NCBI RefSeq assembly: GCF_009914755.1
Contig: NC_060925.1
Direction: 5' to 3' (one strand)
DNA: 64,000 nucleotides
From: the human T2T-CHM13v2.0 reference genome, Homo sapiens
Shown: piece by piece, positions 57,535 to 64,000 of the stretch
How positions within the stretch are numbered: position 1 is the first letter of the stretch
Layout of the letters: each line of letters begins with the position of its first letter
Position numbers and translations under genes: made by a program
Notes under the pieces: model-generated
The model's database searches: none
Seen by the model: the letters and a program-made list of their open reading frames with translations, nothing else
Told to the model about the DNA's origin: nothing

Positions 57535-57685
57535 GAAGCAATGCAGAATCAGGTGAATGTTAATCCAGAGAGAGCCAACCCTGTGACTGACCCTGTGAGT
57601 ATGGCTGCTCCATTCATCTTCACGTCGGGTGAGGTTGTTAACCTCGCAAGCCTTATTTCTTCAACCAACACCAAAACAACCTCAG
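57535..57685 (+). CDS. GABPB2: GABPB2 exon 5 ([50 protein letters not shown])
   Basis: tttgatag|GAA acceptor, TCAG|gtaat donor, 151 nt, open frame. Not in the ORF track. Confidence 0.9.
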
Positions 57686-58450
57686 GTAATGTTCTGATAA
57701 CATGAAATTTATTTTAGACTCAAAAAAGAACAGAACCCTAGATTTTCCAGGAGATGAATGGATACCCTTTCTAATACTCCTTAATTAAAATATTGCCAAA
57801 GCAGAAGATTTGTAATAGATTTTAAAGCTGAGGTACTTATTCTTTCTGGGGAAGGGAAGATCATACATAGGGATTACAAAGGAATACTTATTGTGTTAAA
57901 AGTAAAATATTCTGGCTTGGGCACAGTGGCTCATATCTGTAATCCCAATGCTTTGGGAGGCCAAGGTGGGAAGATTGCTTGAGGCCACCCTGGACTGGAC
58001 AACATAGCAAGACCCCATCCTCTACTAAAAATAAATTGGATGGGCATGGTGATGCATACCTGCAGTCCCAGCTACTCAGGAGGCTGACATGGGAGGATCT
58101 CGTGAGCTCAGGAGTTGGACTTACTGTGAGTTATAATTGTGCCACTGTACTCTGGCCTGGATGACAGAGCAAGACCCTGTCTCTAAAAAAAAAAAAAAAA
58201 GGAAAATATTGTACAGATTAATCTATTGAAGGGTTATGCCTAGACCAAAAATGAAAATATGAAGGTGCCTCAACATGATACTGATAAGGGAAATAAACAT
58301 TAATAGTTTAAAGCAGTAACAAAGCAGAATAAACATAAGCGGCTTTTGGAGTACTGATATAAAAGAGGTAAATGTGATTATCTGAATAAAGTATAAGAGT
58401 CTGGATTTGTTCTTAGTGCATATATAAAAAGAAAACAGCAGAGAAAACTA

Positions 58451-58765
<315 letters not shown>

Positions 58766-58837
58766 TCAAAAAAAAAAAAAAAAGAAAGAAAGAAACCTGC
58801 ATGTTTTCAACAAAACCTTCTATCTAAATAAGAATGA

Positions 58838-59083
<246 letters not shown>

Positions 59084-59649
59084 TAGCCAGGATGGTCTTG
59101 ATCTCCTGACCTCATGATCTACCCGCCTCGGCCTCCCAAAGTGCTGGGATTACAGGCATGAGCCACCGCACCTGGCCTATCAGTTAGCATCTCCTTTTAT
59201 AAATATTTTTTTTACAATGAAATAACTTGTGTCCTCATTTAAATAAATTTTCCAATTGACTATTGGTTTCTTTTTCTGTTTCTTTTATTTGAAATAACAG
59301 TATTCTTAGTTAAGTTTCTATAATGTCAAAGGAAAGATCTTGACTAAGCTATTGATATTGAGAGGTAGTGTGGTAAAAGAGAAGAAGCAATGTATGTGAT
59401 ATACACAGAATTTTGGAATCAGAATTGTGCTCAAATAATTATTGGTTGACTAGCTGCTTAACCCTAGGAAAACTTCATACTTTTCTATGCCTTGTTTACT
59501 TATCTGCAAAATTGGGATATAATAATACCTACTTTATGAGGTTGTTGTGAGAGTTTGAGAATTTGTATTTCAAGGTCCATTTTATAGTAGGGCTTCAATA
59601 ATAGCTATTAAATGAAAACGTAGTATCTTAGCGAAGCTTGACCCCAACA

Positions 59650-59668
59650 TGCCCACCAGGGGGCAATA
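59650..59668 (+). promoter_or_regulatory. CTCF motif TGCCCACCAGGGGGCAATA in GABPB2 intron 5
   Basis: Near-consensus CCACCAGGGGGC core. Binding cannot be shown from sequence. Confidence 0.55.
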
Positions 59669-59815
59669 GTGATCTTCATTTTATAAGCTATCAACAGTTA
59701 TTTAAAATAATTTTGCATTCAGCAGGATGATACAAAAACTTTACATTAAATTTATATATACATGTAATCAGAACATTCACAATCTTTTGTATTCATATTG
59801 GTTCAGTCACACTGA

Positions 59816-60061
<246 letters not shown>

Positions 60062-60137
60062 TGATCCACCCGCCATGGCCTCCTAAAATGCTGGGATTAC
60101 AGGCGCCTGCCACCACACCCAGCTAATTTTTTTGTAG

Positions 60138-60291
<154 letters not shown>

Positions 60292-61050
60292 GAGACAGAG
60301 TTTAACTCTGTCACTCAGGCTGGAGTGCAGTGGCATGATCTTGGCTCACCGCAAACTCTGCCTCCCAGGTTCAAGCGATTCTTGTGCCTCAACCTCCTAA
60401 GTAGCTGGGATACTGGTGCCTGCCACCACGCCCAGCTAATTTTTGTATTTTTAGAAGAGACGGGGTTTCACCATGTTGGCCAGGCTGGTTTCAAACTCCT
60501 GACCTCAGGTGATCTGCCCACCTCGGCCTCCCAAAGTGCTGGGATTACAGGCATGAGCCACCGTGCCTGGCCCTGACTTCTTGAAAGAAGAAAAACTGGA
60601 AAGAATATTTAAGCATAGGTAGTGGGAAAACTTAAAAATTAAGAGTAGACTGGGTGCGATGGCTCACGCCTATAATCTCAGCACTTTGGGAGGCTGAGGC
60701 AGGTGGATAGCTTGAACTCATGAGTTCGAGAGCAGCCTGGGCAGCATGGTGAAACCTGGTCTGTACAAAAAATACAAAAAAAAAAAAATTAGCCAGGCAT
60801 GGTGATGCACACCTGTAGTCCCAGCTACTTGGGAGGCTGAGGTGGGAGGACAGCTTGGGCCTGGGAGGCAGAGGCTGGAGTAAGCCAAGATTGTACCACT
60901 GCACTGCAGCCTGGGCGATAATGCCAGAGTTTGTCTTGAAAAAATAAATTAAGAGTACATTTAAAAATAAAATATATTGCTTAGTGTGCTGGCTCACGCC
61001 TATAATCCCAGCACTTTGGGAGGCCGAGGTGGGCAGATCACTTGAGGTCA

Positions 61051-61257
<207 letters not shown>

Positions 61258-61659
61258 TCAAAAAAAAAAGAAAAAGAAAAAAGAAAAGAATACAGGAATA
61301 GCCAATAGAGGGTGCAGCAGCTACTTCTACTTCTATACTAACAAAGCTTAATGTCATGCCAGCTGACAAGAAATGTTTATAGGGTCCAGCCCCAGCATCA
61401 CCAGGCAGGACAAAGAAGGGTAGATTCGGAACTGAGAGGCAATAAATTTGTAACTGGCATAATAGGTATCTCTGAAATTATAGTGAAAGAAATAGAGAAA
61501 TATAATTCATTTTATAAAAGTAAGATTTATACAAAACTGTTGAGTAATACTTTTTTTCCCCAACAAGGAAATATCTACAGTTAGAGTAATACTTTTGGTT
61601 CATAAAGTTAGGCATGTCTGTTGCCAGATCTAGTGCGCTTCCCTCTTACAACTTAGCTA

Positions 61660-62003
<344 letters not shown>

Positions 62004-62690
62004 TCAAAAAGTAAATAAATAAAAAATAAAAGTACATCTTGACATAACTAAAGTATTTTTAGCATTTAGCGTTTTTAGTGTTAATCTATTGTACTACCCT
62101 TTGACATTCAATATATGAAACTTTTTATTTATATATTTATTTATTGAGATGGAGTCTTTCTCTGTCACCCAAGCTGAAGTGCAGTGGTGCGATCTCGGCT
62201 TACTGCAATCTCCACTTCCTAAGTTCAAGCGATTCTCTTGCCTCAGCCTCCTGAGTAGCTGGGATTATAGGTGCCCACCACCAACCCAGCTAATTTTTGT
62301 ATTTTTAGTAGAGACAGGGTTTCACCTTGTTGGCCAGGCTGGTCTCGAACTCCTGATCTCAGGTGATCCATCCGCCTCGGCCTCCCAAAGTGCGAGGATT
62401 ACAGGCATGAGCCACAGCATCCGGCCATGAAACTTTAGGTTTTTAACTATTCTTGTACTAGAGGTGAATCCTATTCTTCACATCTATCTAGCTGATGAAA
62501 AAAGGTAGTATGATTGGGTAAAGCCCAGAAGGGGACTATTCCCTTATCACTGCTGAGCTTGGGGTGAGGTATGCATTTTACACTTACTGCCTGCTGCCAA
62601 GGAGAGCTCTGCCCAGTCAGCTTAGGGAGTGGGTAGCACTCTTGGTCTGTTAGCTACTAATGCTCAGCACTGGCAGTGCCAAGAGAATGA

Positions 62691-62940
<250 letters not shown>

Positions 62941-63247
62941 TAGCCAGGATGGTCTTGAACTCCTGACCTCGTGATCCACCCGCCTCGGCCTCCCAAAGTG
63001 CTGGGATTACAGGCAGGAATGGCGCCCGGCCCTCCAAGTATATTAATTTAATCCACTTTAAAGGAAAAACTTTTTAAACCTTAAAAGAATTTTAACACTG
63101 ATATAATTGGCTTATATCAGTTTGAGTTAGAGAACAAGATTGAGGACATTAGAAGGAAAAGCTGAGGTTTTGATTTAATAAGCTGTTTTTAATTTGCCTC
63201 AATTTTTTCTCTACATTGGACCTCATTTGTCTTTCTTACTGAAATAG

Positions 63248-63361
63248 GTGACCCCCATGCCTCAACAGTACAGTTTTCAAATTCTACCACCTCAGTGCTG
63301 GCTACCCTTGCAGCTCTTGCTGAGGCATCAGTCCCCCTCTCCAACTCACACAGAGCCACAG
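63248..63361 (+). CDS. GABPB2: GABPB2 exon 6 (GDPHASTVQFSNSTTSVLATLAALAEASVPLSNSHRAT); the gene continues beyond the window
   Basis: gaaatag|GT acceptor, ACAG|gtaggt donor, 114 nt, phase 1-1. Carries the GABP-beta motif SVLATLAALAEAS. Confidence 0.92.
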
Positions 63362-64000
63362 GTAGGTAAGGGATATGCTGCTGGGTGAATCACCACTTTT
63401 TCTTTTGTTTTTAAGTCTCCAGCAGATTTAATTTGCATGAAATATTATTAAAGAATTGCATTTAATTAGAGGCAGCTAAGGAAAAGGGATGTGGCATCAT
63501 TGAACATCAGAAAGAAAAATTGCTAGGTGGTATAATCAGACAGCTGAATAATATCAGAGAATGACTGAATTATTCCTTTGTGTGTTTACAATTTGAAGTT
63601 TGTTCTCCCTGACTCTAGTTACTTCAGATTGAAATGTCTATTCTCATATTAGCAGATTTTTTTGGAGATACTCTATGTTATGTTTTGACTGATGCTATCA
63701 TGGAATGATTCAAAATAGCAGCCCAGATATCTTATATTAAAGTATCAAAATACATGGGACTGGTACCTTTTTCGTTGTCATATCCTTTGTACTTCATGGC
63801 TTGCTTTTATTTTCACTGGAGATGTTATTTTGGCATTTCCAAAGGAGTTGAGCAAATATAGGCTATGTATTGCCTTTCTGATATTTAAAACAAAAAAGTT
63901 TTCAAGTCATTTAGCCAGAGCTAGTGGTCTGTGGGGGGAAGACTTAAGGCTTCATATAGGCAGGGGCATATAGTCATAGTTAGGGCTCAGTAGACATTTA

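Overview
Primate, almost certainly human, genomic DNA from the gene-dense, Alu-saturated 1q21.3 cluster, identified from recognisable protein sequences and gene order. Five genes can be rebuilt from GT-AG boundaries: the last six coding exons of BNIPL (+, BCH/CRAL-TRIO domain); C1orf56/MENT (+, 341 aa, 2 exons); CDC42SE1/SPEC1 (-, 79 aa, CRIB domain, with a 3'UTR intron and a 3'UTR overlapping C1orf56); MLLT11/AF1q (+, 90 aa, head-to-head with CDC42SE1); and exons 1-6 of GABPB2 (+, ankyrin repeats). Nearly all other ORFs in the track are Alu-derived noise. Older repeats include a MER41-type ERV fragment, a Charlie1-family hAT relic, MER20, MER47, MIR and L2. I see no new gene system. The best unexplained signals are structural: (1) a ~955-bp, ~95%-identical non-tandem duplication in the MLLT11 intron whose ends coincide with AG|GTATGG and polypyrimidine-CAG| splice signals; (2) a ~75-bp flank plus Alu copied from the BNIPL intron into an Alu 45 kb away in GABPB2; (3) an ERV copy that looks L1-retroposed (U3-R plus A-tail, no U5); (4) a non-Alu ~115-bp inverted repeat in GABPB2 intron 4; (5) GABPB2 exons 2-4, which would form a stop-free circular ORF. 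Repeat family names come from remembered consensus sequences, identities are by-eye estimates, and TSS and 3' end positions are approximate.
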